A stretch of 64,000 bases of DNA from the human T2T-CHM13v2.0 reference genome, Homo sapiens: assembly GCF_009914755.1 (NCBI RefSeq), contig NC_060931.1, one strand, 5' to 3'. Positions 41,760-54,637 of the stretch are shown here, piece after piece. The notes below the pieces were generated by a model. That model was given only the letters and a program-made list of their open reading frames with translations, had not been told where the DNA came from and made no database searches. The position numbers were made by a program, and so were the translations under genes. How positions within the stretch are numbered: position 1 is the first letter of the stretch; every line of letters begins with the position of its first letter.

Positions 41760-44700
41760 GTGCCAAGGAAGGGCAGTGCAAGGCCTCAGGGTAGGACTCT
41801 CCAGTGGTCGTCCCCATGCAGAAACATTAATTTGAACAACAATCCATGCACAGAAATACCTTCACAAGAGCTAAGGAAACCAGATCACAGTATTTGGTTG
41901 TAGTACAATAATAAGAAAAGGCACATGGAAGAGGGTAAGGATGTCAGTATTACATTACATGTATCACTCCTTTCCCAACCCAAGGTGCCACAGCACAGAG
42001 AGAGATACAGTTCACATGGTGGGAAAAGAGATGTGAGTGCAAAACTTTACCTTGGATACTAACATTGGGCCCACCAAAGTAAAACCCAGCACTAGGTACC
42101 CATGGCCTCATATTCAAGGCTGATTCTTGCATATTAAGCCTCTGGATCTACCCTGGTGTCAGGAAGGATCACACTGTTCCAGGCTTCAGGCTTGTGTGTA
42201 AACTCAAACTATGACCTGCACCATGGGTCAGTGGATGTTAGTGGCCCTGGGCTCAGGACAGCTCTCAACAGCAGGCCGGCCTCAGTGGGCCTGGGCTTCT
42301 GGCCTGCGCTAGTGGTGCATTTGCCATAATGAGTGCTAGGCTTCTAGTAGCACTTCACCAGTTGCAGCTGCACCAGGCTTCTGGTGCACCCCAGCACAGC
42401 ATTTGCACAGGGCTTTCCCAGACATAGTTGCTAAAATAAGTACCACTTTTTCAAGTTGTAGACATCAACACATGACCACAGGGATCAAAAACAATCAGGA
42501 AAACATAACATCATCAAATGAACAAAATAAAGTCCCAGTGACTAATCCTAAATAATTGAAGATATATAACCTGCTTGACAAAGAATTCAAAACAAATGTT
42601 TTAAGAAAGCTCAGTGAACTTCAAGAAAATACAGAAAAATACTTCAATAAAATAAGGAAAACACTAAGTGACCAGATGAACAATTTAATAGAAAAATTGA
42701 AACAATTAAAAAATAAAATAAATAGAAATCCCATAGATTAAAAATACAATGAATGAAATGAAAACTGCAACCGAAATCATCAATAACAGAATTGACGAAG
42801 CAGAAGAAAGAATCTGTGAACTCGAAGACAGGTTATTTGAAAATATACAGTAGAGGAGAATAAAAGAAAACAATGTAAAGGAATGAAAAAAGCTTATGGG
42901 ACTTATGAAACATCATCAAAAGAGCACATTTTTGAGTCACAGGAATTTCAGAAAGTGAAGAGAAAGATCAAGGGTTAGAAAGTTTATTAAAAAAAAAATA
43001 GCAAAAAACTTCCCAAACATGGAGAAAGACGCAAATATCCGTGCATTAGGAAGGTCAAAATTCTCACATAATGTCAAATCCACATAAGAATACCCCAAGA
43101 CATATTATAACCCAATTGTCAAATATCAAACACAAAGAAAAGATCTTGAAAGCAGCAAAAGAAAACAACCAAATAGGTATAAGAGAGTCCCAATAGAGAC
43201 AGCACCAGACTTCTCAGTAGAAACCTCACAGACCAGGAGAAAGTGAGGTGAAATACTCAAATTACTGAACATCAAATTGCTGAAAAATCTGTCAAGTAAA
43301 AATACTGTGTCAAGCAAAACAGTCCATCAGAAATGAAGGAGACAAAGACTATTCCCAGAAAAATAAAAGCTGAAGGAGTTTCTTACCTGCAGACCTGTCT
43401 TATAAGACATGCTAAAGTGGCTTCTTTGAGTTGAAAGAAACAGACACTAATATGTAATATGAAAATATATGAAAGTATAAAACTCACTGGTAAAAGTAAG
43501 CACAAGTCAAATTTAGAATACTCTAAGACTATAATTTGGTGTATAAATTTCTAAGACTGAAAAACAAAACTATTAAAAAAAAGACTACAATAATTTATTA
43601 AAGGATAGACAGGATAAAAAGATATAAACTGTGGCTTTAAAAATTCAAAATTTGGTGGCAAGAGTGGAGGAAAAATGTAGAGGGGTGTGTGTGTGTGTGT
43701 GTGTGTAATTAAAGTTAAGTTGTAATCATCTTAAAATAACCTGTTATAACTATAAGATGATTTTGTAAGCTTCATAATAACCACAACACCAAAACCTAGA
43801 GTAAATACAGAGAAAAGTAAAAGCAAGAAATCAAAACATATCAATTAAAAAAATCACTTAACCAATAATGAAGACAGCAAGAGAGAAAGGAAGAACAAAG
43901 GATCTATGGGTCAATGAGTCAATGACAAAATTAAAAGGGAAATAAAAAAGAGATATATGAAAATGGAAACACAACATACCAAAACATATGAGATACAGCA
44001 AAAGCAGATATGAGAGGGAAGTTTACAGCAATAAATGCCTACCTCAAAACAATAAGAAAGATCTCAAATAAATAACCTAATGTTGCATCATAAGAAACTA
44101 GAGAAATAAAAACACACCAAGCCAAAGTTAGTAAAAAAAAAAATGAAATAATAAAAATCAGAGCAGAAATAAATAAAATAGAGACTACGAATACAATAGA
44201 AAAATTAATAAAACTGAGTTGGTTTTTTGAAAAAATTAACAAAATTGACAAGTCATTAGTTAACCTAAGAGAAAAAAGAAAACTCAAATAAATAAAATCA
44301 GAAATAAAAAAGAGACATTACAGCTAATACAACAGAAACACAAAGGCTTATGAGATACTATTATGAAAAATTATGACAACAAATTGGATAATCTAGAAGA
44401 AGTGGACAAATTCCTTGACACATGCTACCTACCAAGACTAAATCATTAATAAATAGAAACTCTTAACAGATCAATAATGAGTAAGGATATTAAATGACTA
44501 ATAAAAAATCGGTTATCAAAGAAAAGCCCAGGACCTACAACCTTCACCATTGAATTCTAATAAACATTTAAAGAATTAATCCCAATTATTCTCAAACTCT
44601 TCCAAAAAATTGAAAAGGAAGGACTACTTCCAAACTTATTTTATGTGGCCAGTACCACCCTGACACCAAAAGCAGACAATGACATTACAAAAAAAATTAC

Positions 44701-47240
44701 AGGCCAATATCCCTGATGAATATAGATGGAAAAATCCTCAACCAAGTACTAACAAATCAAATTCAACAGCACACTAAAAAGATCCATGGCACCACAATCA
44801 AAGGGAATTCATCTCAGGGAGATGTAAGGATGGCTAAATTACGTATATCAACAAAGGTGAAACAACACATAAACAGAATGAAAGACAAAAGTGATATAAT
44901 TATTTAAATAGATGCCTTAAAATTTGACAAAATTTAACAACCTTTGACAATGAAAATTCTCAACAAATTAGGTACAGAAGATCCCTTCTATAGTCCGTAA
45001 CACAATAAGGGCCATACATGACAAACTCACAGCTAACAAATTACTCAACAGGGAAATGTTGAAAGCTTTTCCTTTAGGATATGGAACAAGACAAGGATGC
45101 CTACTCTCACCACTTTTATCCAATACAGTACTGCACGTTCTAGGCAGAGCAATTAGGCAAGAGAATTACATAAAAGTGATCCAAATTGGAAAGCAATAAG
45201 TTAAGTTGTCCCTGTTTGCAGATGACATGGCCATATATATAGAAAACCCTACAGATGCCTCCAAAAAGAATTAGAAAAAATGAATGAATTCAGTAATGTT
45301 GCAGAACACAATATTAATATTTAAAAATCAGTAGAATTTCTACACACTAACAGTGAACTGTCTGCAGAAGAAATAAAACAATTCCACTTATAATTGCTAC
45401 AAAATATAAAATATTAGTAACAAATTTAACCAAGGAGATGAAAGATCTCAAATCAAAAACTATAAAATATTGCTGAAAGAAATTGAAGACACAAATAAAT
45501 AAAATGATATTCCATGTTCTATGGATTGGAAGAATCAATATTCTTAAAATGCTGATATTTTTCAAAATGATCTGTAATCAAAATACCAATGATATTCTTT
45601 AGAGAAACAAAGAAAATCCTAAAATTCATATGGAAAAACAAAAGACTCCAAATAGCCAAAGCAACTCTGAGCAGAAAGAACAAAGCTGCAGGCATCACAC
45701 TTCTTGACTTCAAAAACTACAAAGCCTTAGCAACCAAAACATCATGGTACTGGCATAAAAACAAACACGTAGACCAATGAAACAGAATAGAGAGCTCAAA
45801 AATAAATCCACACATTTACGGCCAACTTAATTTTGACAAAGCAGCCAAGAACACACAAATGAGAAATGCCAGTCTTTCCAATAAATGATGCTGGGAAAAC
45901 TGGATAGCCACCTGCAGAAGAATGAAATTAGACCTTTCTCTCACACCATATACAAAAATCAACTAAAAATGGATTAAAGATTTACATGTAAGACCCAAAA
46001 CTATGAAACTACTAATGAAAACATAGAGGAAAACTGCATGACATTGGACTGGGCAATAACTTTTTAAATAGGATCCCCAAAACACAGGCAACAAAGCAAA
46101 AACAGACAAATAGAATTACATCAAACTAAAAAGCTTCTGCACAACGAAGGAAACAGTTAAAAGAGTGAAAAGAGAACCTACAGAATGGGAAAAATATTTT
46201 CAAAATATACATCTGATAAGGGTTTAATAACCAAAATATATAAAATACTCAAACAACTCAACAGCAAGAAAAGAAACAAACAAAAAACCAATTACAGAAC
46301 ACCAAGAACATGAATGGACGTCTCCTCAAGAGAAAACATACAAATGGCCAACAGGTATGTGAAAAAATGCTCAACATTACTCATCACGACACAAATGCAA
46401 ATTAAAACCACCATGAGATGTCACCTCACACCTGTTAGGATAAAAGACAAAAAAAGAGAAGTGTCAGTGAAAATGTGGAGAAAAGAGAATCCTTGTACAC
46501 TGCTGGTGGGAATGTAAATTATTATAGCCATCATGGAAAACAGTATGGAATTTCTTCAAAACATTAGAAATAGAATTACCATATGATCCAGCAATCCAAC
46601 CACTGGGTACATATCAAAAGGAAATGCAATCCGTATGTTGAAGAGATCGCTGCACTTCCATGTTTATTATAACATTATTTACAATAGACAAGATATGGAA
46701 TTAACCTAAGTGTTCATCAGTGGATGAGTTTCTGAAAAAAATATGGCATATATACATAATGGAGTATAATTTGGCCATAAAAATAAATGAAATCCTGTCA
46801 TTCGTGACAACATAGATTAACCTGGAGGACAACATAGATTAACCAGGATAGAAAGACAAATATTACATGATCTTACTCATATGTAGAATCTTAAAAAGTT
46901 AATCTCCTAGAAGTAGAGAGCAGAATGGTAGTTACCAGAATCTGGGGTGGTCGTCGGGGCAGGGGGCTGTTGTGGAGATGGTCCATAGATACAAAATTTC
47001 AGTTAGAAGAAATAAATGTAAGAGACCTATTGTACAACATGGTGATTGTATTCAATAATACGTTGTATTCTTAAAAAATGCTAAGAAAGTGGATATAAAG
47101 TGTTCTCACTATAAAAATAATAACTATGTGAGATAATGAATATGTTAATTAGCCAGATTTAGTCATCCCATAATGTGTATATACTTCAAAACATTATATT
47201 GTACACAGTAAATATAAACAATTTTATCTGTCGCAAAAAC
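41760..47240 (+). mobile_element. Near full-length L1MA (5'UTR, ORF1, ORF2 with the endonuclease region deleted, 3'UTR); inactive
   Basis: ORF1 peptide IYNLLDKEFKTNVLRKLSELQENT (42556); ORF2 MNIDGKILNQVL (44716); RT motif CTGTTTGCAGATGACATG = LFADDM (45212-45229); L1MA 3'UTR; many stops and frameshifts. Confidence 0.92.
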
Positions 47241-47419
47241 ATAAATATACTAAATACAATGAAAGTGATTACACATAAAGTGTTTTGATTACAACATTAC
47301 TGCAACAGAATATATATTGTGAAACATCTTAAAGCATTTGTAAGAACTTACAAAAATAAGGAAAATTCAAAATATAAACTTATTTTTATCTAGATATTAA
47401 GAATGTCACTTATTTTCTC

Positions 47420-47855
47420 CTGTCACCCTCTACCTCTAGCAATGCCAAAATGCTTGTGATTCTCTAAAAGCACCACCATATCCCACAGAGTTCTACTTTT
47501 AAGTTTGTTACTTCCTCTGCCCCAAGGGCACAACTAGGACAGCCAACATCAAGGTTTATCAAGTCCCATGTGCTTTATTCCCCAGTGACCCTCACACTCT
47601 CCTCCAGGACAATTAATCACTCTCTTTTCTGTATATTGTGAACACAACTCCACATAATTCATATTTCTAAGAAAGTACATTGTGCATATTATTTTGTGTG
47701 TCACTCTAAAAATAATAATTTATTTAATATTTATCTCCTCTATAAGACTGTTAGCCTTTTGACTTCATGAACTATGTCAGATTCATTCTTTTATCTTTCA
47801 CAGCATATCCTGGTACCACATATAGAATAAGTGTCTGGGTTTCTTAACTGAACTC
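47420..47855 (+). mobile_element. L2 3' fragments
   Basis: TATCTCCTCTATAAGACTGTTAGCC...ACTATGTC...TTTTATCTTTCACAGCA. Confidence 0.5.
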
Positions 47856-49040
47856 TATTTTATTTTTATTTATTAAATAAGCATACAGTTTACATTGTCT
47901 TGTAAGTTTTGTGGGCACTATTGATAAATAAAATGAAAGATAAAGACAAATGAAAATCTGAACTATATAAATATCAGCTAGCTTTCATATTTTGCATTCA
48001 AATCTAATTTATATATCTTTCTCTTTTGATTTCATGCTTTGTTAAATACATTGACTGTTGAATTTTCCTGTTGGCATAGAATGTGTAGCTGCTTCTTTTA
48101 TACAAATGTCTACAAAGAAAAAATGGATGAGTGTGACAGAATCAACTGATACCAGATTTTTTATGCTAGACATGCTAGGCACTCATTACTAAACACTAGA
48201 CATGATACATTATTTAATTATCCATATATGATAAAGCTTCTATAAATGTTGATATCTGTATGTATTATAACATGCATACTTTCTGAGGTATCTGGGGCTT
48301 TCAGACCAGTCTTGATTGATCAGGATTCCTATTTTAGGCTTACTCTTCCCAGGTAATTGCTCATGTGTGTTTCCCAGTCTCCTCTTTAAAAAATATGTGT
48401 GATTTTATGTTAAGGCCCAAGTGACTAATAATAGTCTAACATGCCCACCTAAGTGTTAGTTGAATAACATCTTAACTTAATGGAAGGGCCAACTGTTGAA
48501 TGAGTACCAGGCATCAGTTGGAATAGATATTTTTGCATGGGAAATGTCCCAGCACTAAAAACTTCCATCACATGCAACATAACTCATGTGCGCATGCCAT
48601 CTGAAAGGGCCACATTTCATTCTACTTCCAGCTCTACCTTATTCTATTTTTTCTACTCCTTCACATGGCTCTCTTTGGGATGCACTTCACATTTTCAATA
48701 AATTATATTTTAAAATAGCATTAAATATTCTCTCTCAGTTTTAAATAACAGATATATTATTCTTCCTGCAACAGTTCATGTCTAATTGGCATCATCCACC
48801 TTTCACTTCTTTCACTGTTGAATACATCATTCTCACATGCCATGAGTTTGTTTGGGATGGGAAGCCATTCACTAACCTAAGTAACCATAAAAATGTTCAT
48901 TATGTATGTATGCATTATGCATGCTATTGAAAAAACCTGGAAAACAACCCAAACATTTTACAGAGAAGGATTGGCTAAGTCACTTGCAGGATATGATGTG
49001 GAAGAATATTCATTGGCTTATTCATGATATGTGAAGTGGG

Positions 49041-49118
49041 AGAAAGTAAGTAGGTTAATAAAGAGGCATGTGTGAATATAGAAAATAAGTAGGTTAATTA
49101 ACAGGCATGTGTGAATAT
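49041..49118 (+). repeat. 39-bp tandem duplication (2 copies)
   Basis: AGAAAGTAAGTAGGTTAATAAAGAGGCATGTGTGAATAT followed by AGAAAATAAGTAGGTTAATTAACAGGCATGTGTGAATAT. Confidence 0.95.
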
Positions 49119-49200
49119 ATCTATATGTATATCTGTATGTGTATCAATATCTCTAATTTATCTACCATCTATCAATATTTTGTTAAAACGTACACAAACC

Positions 49201-49534
<334 letters not shown>

Positions 49535-49879
49535 TAACATTAACTTTACTGAATAGAAAGATTATAGGCAATTTTTGTTTTCTTATTTTCCTTATGTTTT
49601 ATTTTTTCCCAAGATTACTGCAGTTAGAATGCTTTAAAATAACAACAACAACAATAAAAAAAGATAATTAATTTTGTAAAATGACACAGGTTTTAAGACT
49701 GGGTTAATAGGAGGGTGGCGAGGGCTATTATCAATTTAGGTAACAGAGGGTAAAACGGCTTAGAAGTAATATGGTGTAATAGAGTGATATGCCCTTTTGA
49801 GCATGATGAGTTTAAGCCAGCTACTTGGTCATGTTTGGTGAGTACTTGAAACAAACACAGCTTGTGTAATAATACCTGT

Positions 49880-50500
49880 GCATTGCAAAATTTTCAAACA
49901 GAACAAACATATATGAAACTGAAAGCAACAGTTATTCCTCTACCCTTGTCCCAAACTCTTTGGACTTCTTCCAAATAGTCATTGTATTTTCTTGATTATT
50001 ATTACAGAAAAACCACATATGTATCCATATTTATTTTACTTATTACAATACACATACTTTCTGCAATTCTTTTTCACTTAATAATATAGCTTGGAGCGCT
50101 CTTTACATCAGAATACAAAGATGTTGCATTATTTGTAGTTGCTATAGAGTATTCCATGGGATGCATTTAATTGAGCCATTTCCTCATTGATCCTTGGAGG
50201 TGTCTGTAGTATTTTGCTATTGCATATAATCTTCAACAGATATTTTGGCTCATCTATTTTTTGCCAGCATGATTTCAGGTAACATTCTTAAAAGTGGGAT
50301 TTCTGGGTCATGGACTATGTACATTTTAAAGTTTAAAAGATACTGCAAAATAATTTTCCAAAAATTTGGCATCAATTCACCTCCCAATAAATAGGCTTTG
50401 AGAGTTACTATTTCCTCAAACTCTTGCCAGTGCAGGGTAGTACAAAACTTTCCATTTGTTGTTAATCTGATAGAAAAAAAGAAAGCAATAACTTCTAGGT
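49880..50500 (-). mobile_element. Old L1ME fragment
   Basis: TTTTCACTTAATAATAT...AAAGTGGGATTTCTGGGTCATGG...CTCTTGCCAGTGC. Confidence 0.6.
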
Positions 50501-51080
50501 TGGCCATGGAGTCTTTAGTCTGATGCAGCAGTAAAACTGTAACTGGGATTCTTCGTGTCTCTTCTTACAGGGCCACCTGTTCTGTTAGAGGAGCTTGTCT
50601 AATTTATTTTCTGCTTTCTCTTTTATTCTAATAAATCTCAACTAATTGCAGGAAATAATTTTCTCTCAGTGATTATGTACATTTTACCTTTCCTTTCCAG
50701 TTTACCATTAAGCTGGAGAACAGAACAAAACAAAACAAAACAAAACACTCAGCCTGGTAGTTCTTCCTGGCTTTGGTGAATTGCTGAAATGGTAGGACAG
50801 GTTTTGAGCCACTGTTTTCTTCCTCTCTTGAGGGGTTTTCTGTTCTTCCATGTGATTTTCAGTGGATGGGATGCTTCCTTAACACATAAATTTACTTAAA
50901 ATCACTAATGGGAAGTGGTTATGCCCACACTATTGTGAGGATTCTGTTACCTGGATTGCTTTGATGTGAGTGAGAATAGCGGTAGTGAGGGCGGGTGGAT
51001 CGAGGGGAGCAATAGTACCACATGGTCATTTCTGGGATTTTTTGCCTCTGTAACTACCACTATTCAAAAATTATGACTTG

Positions 51081-51279
51081 AGATTTTTCTGTATATATTT
51101 TCTGTATAGATTTTTCTGTATAGATTTTTCTGTATTTTTCTGTATATATATGTGTGTGTGTGTGTATATATGTGGGTGTGTATATATATATGTGGGTGTG
51201 TATATATATATGTGGGTGTACGTGTGTGTATTTACACACACGTACACACGTACACACACACACACACACACACACATAT
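51081..51279. repeat. (AGATTTTTCTGTAT)n minisatellite plus a TG/TA/CA compound microsatellite
   Basis: About 5 units of 11-14 bp, then TG-rich and CA-rich halves around a central palindrome. Confidence 0.93.
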
Positions 51280-51401
51280 ATTTTTTCTTTTTTGAGATGG
51301 AGAATCACTATATTGCCTAGGCTGGTCCCAAACCCCTGGGCTCAAGCAATTCTCCAGCCTCAGCCCCCTGGGATGATAAGTGTGCACCTACGTGCCTGGC
51401 T
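51280..51401 (-). mobile_element. Alu left monomer (FLAM-like), degenerate
   Basis: TTTTGAGATGG..TCACTATATTGCCTAGGCTGGTC..CTGGGCTCAAGCAAT. Confidence 0.8.
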
Positions 51402-52284
51402 CCTGGTTTTGCTACTTCCTTTGCTTTATTGCTGAGGATACATTTTGCCCATTTTAAGACTTTTTGGTGGTTAATTTTGTAAAGTTTTGAAGAAAGCAAG
51501 TCAATTGTACAACTTTTATCTAACATCTCAGTCTAGAAGTCTCTTAGCATATTTTTCTCAGGTTTAAAAAAATAAATATGTGTGTAAAAAATGTGTATAT
51601 TGATTTTCTGAAATAGAACATCTCTAATGGGACTCTCGCAATTACTACAGACACTGCTTCTAACATTGCTATCACACACAACAGCGGCTACCCAGCCCTT
51701 TTTTCTTTTTATCAACAATCAAATGTTCATGGAGAATTATTTTTTGTTTCCTGTGTGTTAATCCCTTTCTGGAGTTTATTCTCTAAAGACTATCAAGTAG
51801 TATTTCTCCACAGTTTATTTAGCTTCTTCTAGAACATTTTTCTTGCTCTGACAAGGACTATCACGGAAAATTAATCAGGGAGATAAAAGTCATATATACA
51901 GTACACCAAAATGATAAGAGGAAACATGGGAATTTAAACTGGATTTTACAAGGACATCAGATTTTCGCATGCAAAACAGTACAATTAAAGCTAGTCTTGC
52001 AGTTCAAACTCTTAAGACCCAAAGTATAATGTAAACGTTTTATGAAGAAACTTAATATACTTTAAATACAGTCTCTGGGCAGATATTCATAAAATATTTC
52101 ATGGTAGTAGATTACCCCAAACTGCATTTTATTGTTCTTCCAATAATTTTCTTTCTGGTTTGATACTTCCTTTTATTACATGACATGAACAAGCCTTTTG
52201 ATGGGCAGTTTCACTGCCATTTTAAATAGGTTTACTTGGTTGCTACAGCATCTATGCCCAGGACATGTCATTTCTGCATTACGC

Positions 52285-52286
<2 letters not shown>

Positions 52287-52369
<83 letters not shown>

Positions 52370-52414
52370 TGCACACACACACAAACATATATATACATAT
52401 ATATGTATATATAT
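52287..52414. repeat. (CT)n(TA)n(CA)n compound microsatellite
   Basis: Seen directly. Confidence 0.97.
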
Positions 52415-52501
52415 GGGAGATAAAAGATAAAAGTCATACAGTACACCAAAATGATAAGAGGAAACATGGGAATTTAAACTGATTTTACAAGGATATCGGA
52501 T
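52415..52501 (+). repeat. ~85-bp local copy of 51878-51962
   Basis: 46 bp identical (51896-51941 = 52436-52481), with small indels at the ends. Confidence 0.95.
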
Positions 52502-52529
52502 AGAGACAGAGAGAGAGTGCAAACAAAAG

Positions 52530-52885
52530 AAAAATTTATATAAATATATATAAATTTTATATATTTATAATTTTATATATTTATAATTATGAAATATAAA
52601 TATATAATATATATTTATACATAAATATACATAAATATAAATATATAAATATATAAATATAAATATATAAATACATATATGATATATAAATAGATAATAT
52701 AAAAATATATATTAATATAGATAATATATAAATACATTATATTTATAAATTATAAAATTATAAAATTTATAAATTTATAAATATATATTTATAAATTTCA
52801 AAATTATAAAATTTATAAATTTATAAATATATATTTATAAATTTCTATGATATATAACATATAAACATATGTTTATATAAACTTT
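52530..52885. repeat. AT-rich low-complexity array with many TTTATAAA-type palindromes
   Basis: Seen directly; almost entirely A/T. Confidence 0.95.
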
Positions 52886-52921
52886 ATTTTTGGTTTACAA
52901 GTACGTTTGTACACAAATATT

Positions 52922-53811
52922 TCTAAACCAAAAATAAAATTATAAGCCTCCCAATCAATTGAATAGACCCCCTCTAAGCCAAGGGCATTCCAAAGTAAAG
53001 CAGAAAAACTAGTTCAGGTCATGATGGAAAGAGGACATCAGATATGCCTCATTATACCCACCTCCCTTTGGAATTCAGGAACAACTGACCAGCGTTAACA
53101 TTAAAACGAAGTTTAAAGACTGACAAACAGACTCTTTGCAGCAATAAGATACATCATAAAATGACAGATAAAAGCAGGCCTTGAAAGAAATCGAAGTATT
53201 TTACCCTGAAATATGTTTCTTTGAAGTATTTAAAATGGCCCCGCAAAACTGTCTTTCAAGGGGGAAATCTACATTTCATAGAGAATTCCCTTCACTTTCC
53301 AGTTTTTTTCCTGATCCAGGAGAAATGAAGAGTCTGGCACCTTTTTAAGTCTGATAAGAAACATTTACCATCTATTCTCTCTGAAACCTTCTTCGGGGAG
53401 GCTTGATGTGCATTAGAAGAGCCTTGGTCTCCACAACCCCTTATCTTAACCCAGACATTACTTTCTATTGATTCCAGGTCTTTAGATAATAATTGAACTC
53501 TTTTGACCAATTCCCAATCAGAAAATCTTTGAATACACCTATGACCTGGCAATACTTCCACCTCCCTGACCCCCTCCCACTTTGAGTTGTCCCCTATTTC
53601 TGGACTGAACCAATGTACAGCTTACATGTATTGTTTGATGACTTCTTATAACTTCTGTCCCCCTAAAATGTATAAAATCAAGCTGTAACTCAACCACCTT
53701 GGGAAAATGTTCTCAGGGCCTCCTGTGGCTGTGTCACAGGCAGGACCTTAACTTTGGCAAAATAAACTTCTAAATTGATGGAGACTTGTCTCAGTTACTT
53801 TTTGGTTTACA
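52922..53811 (+). mobile_element. MER4-group solo LTR (MER4B/D/E-like)
   Basis: T(C)TAAACCAAAAATAAAATTATAAGCC...GCCAAGGGCATTCCAAAG...AATAAACTTCTAAATTGA...TTTTGGTTTACA; shares blocks with the LTR at 2125. Confidence 0.85.
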
Positions 53812-53870
53812 CATTTTTACATATATATATATTCCATGACATGGAATACTTTGTGTATTCCGTGGGAATA

Positions 53871-54637
53871 CAGGGAAATACTGGGTAGAAGTGGGTAGCT
53901 CCCCAGGAACCCCAAGCCTGGAAACCCGCAGCGCTAAATGGGAACAGACATTCCTGTTTTCACGCCCAAATGTTCCCTTTTGGCCCACCACATCCCTCTA
54001 TCCTGTAACCATATAAACCTCAAACCCAAGGCTCCATAAGCAGATGGGCAGGTGAACAGAAGAGCAGAAGAGCAGCAGAGAAGGAGAGAAGAGATGGAAT
54101 GTCTGAATGTTGAGAGGAGTTTGGCTGGGGATGGTTGGAAAGGAGATTATCCACTGGATGGCCAAACTCTAGGGGAAGATTGTCTTTCCACTCCATCCCC
54201 TTTGTAGCTCCTCATCCATCCCACTGAGAGCCACCTCCACCACTCAATCAAACCCCTGCATTCACCATCCTTCAAGTCTGTGTGTGACCTGATTTTTCCT
54301 GGATGCCAGACAAGGGCTTCGGATACGGAAAGCTGTCACACTGGCCCTCTGCCCTTGTGAAAAGGCAGAGGGCCCACTGAGCTGCTTAACACTTAAGCTG
54401 TCCATGGATGGCAAAGCTAAAAGAGTGCACTGTAATACAGGCCCACTTGAGCTTCGCAAGTTGCAGGCACCTACCCCTAGACACTACTGTGGGTCCAGAG
54501 CCCAAAAAAGCTTGCCCAGATCCTGCGCCTTTTGCTCCCCCTCCCATAAAGGGTTTGAGCAGTGGCAGCAGCCAAACAGATGAGCCACACCCCTGTTGCA
54601 TGTCCTGCAAGGGGCGTCAGGGAACTCTCCTGTTTCA
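53871..54637 (+). mobile_element. LTR1-group ERV1 solo LTR with its first ~15 nt replaced
   Basis: CAGGGAAATACTGGGTAGAAG...CATTCCTGTTTTCACGCCCAAATG...CATATAAACC...GGGAACTCTCCTGTTTCA. Confidence 0.8.

Noticed and set aside
41760-47240. Active LINE-1 or functional reverse transcriptase
   Set aside because: ORF1 and ORF2 are broken into short pieces and the endonuclease region is missing
51060-52522. ORFs with CVCV/YIYI/RERE runs
   Set aside because: Microsatellite translations
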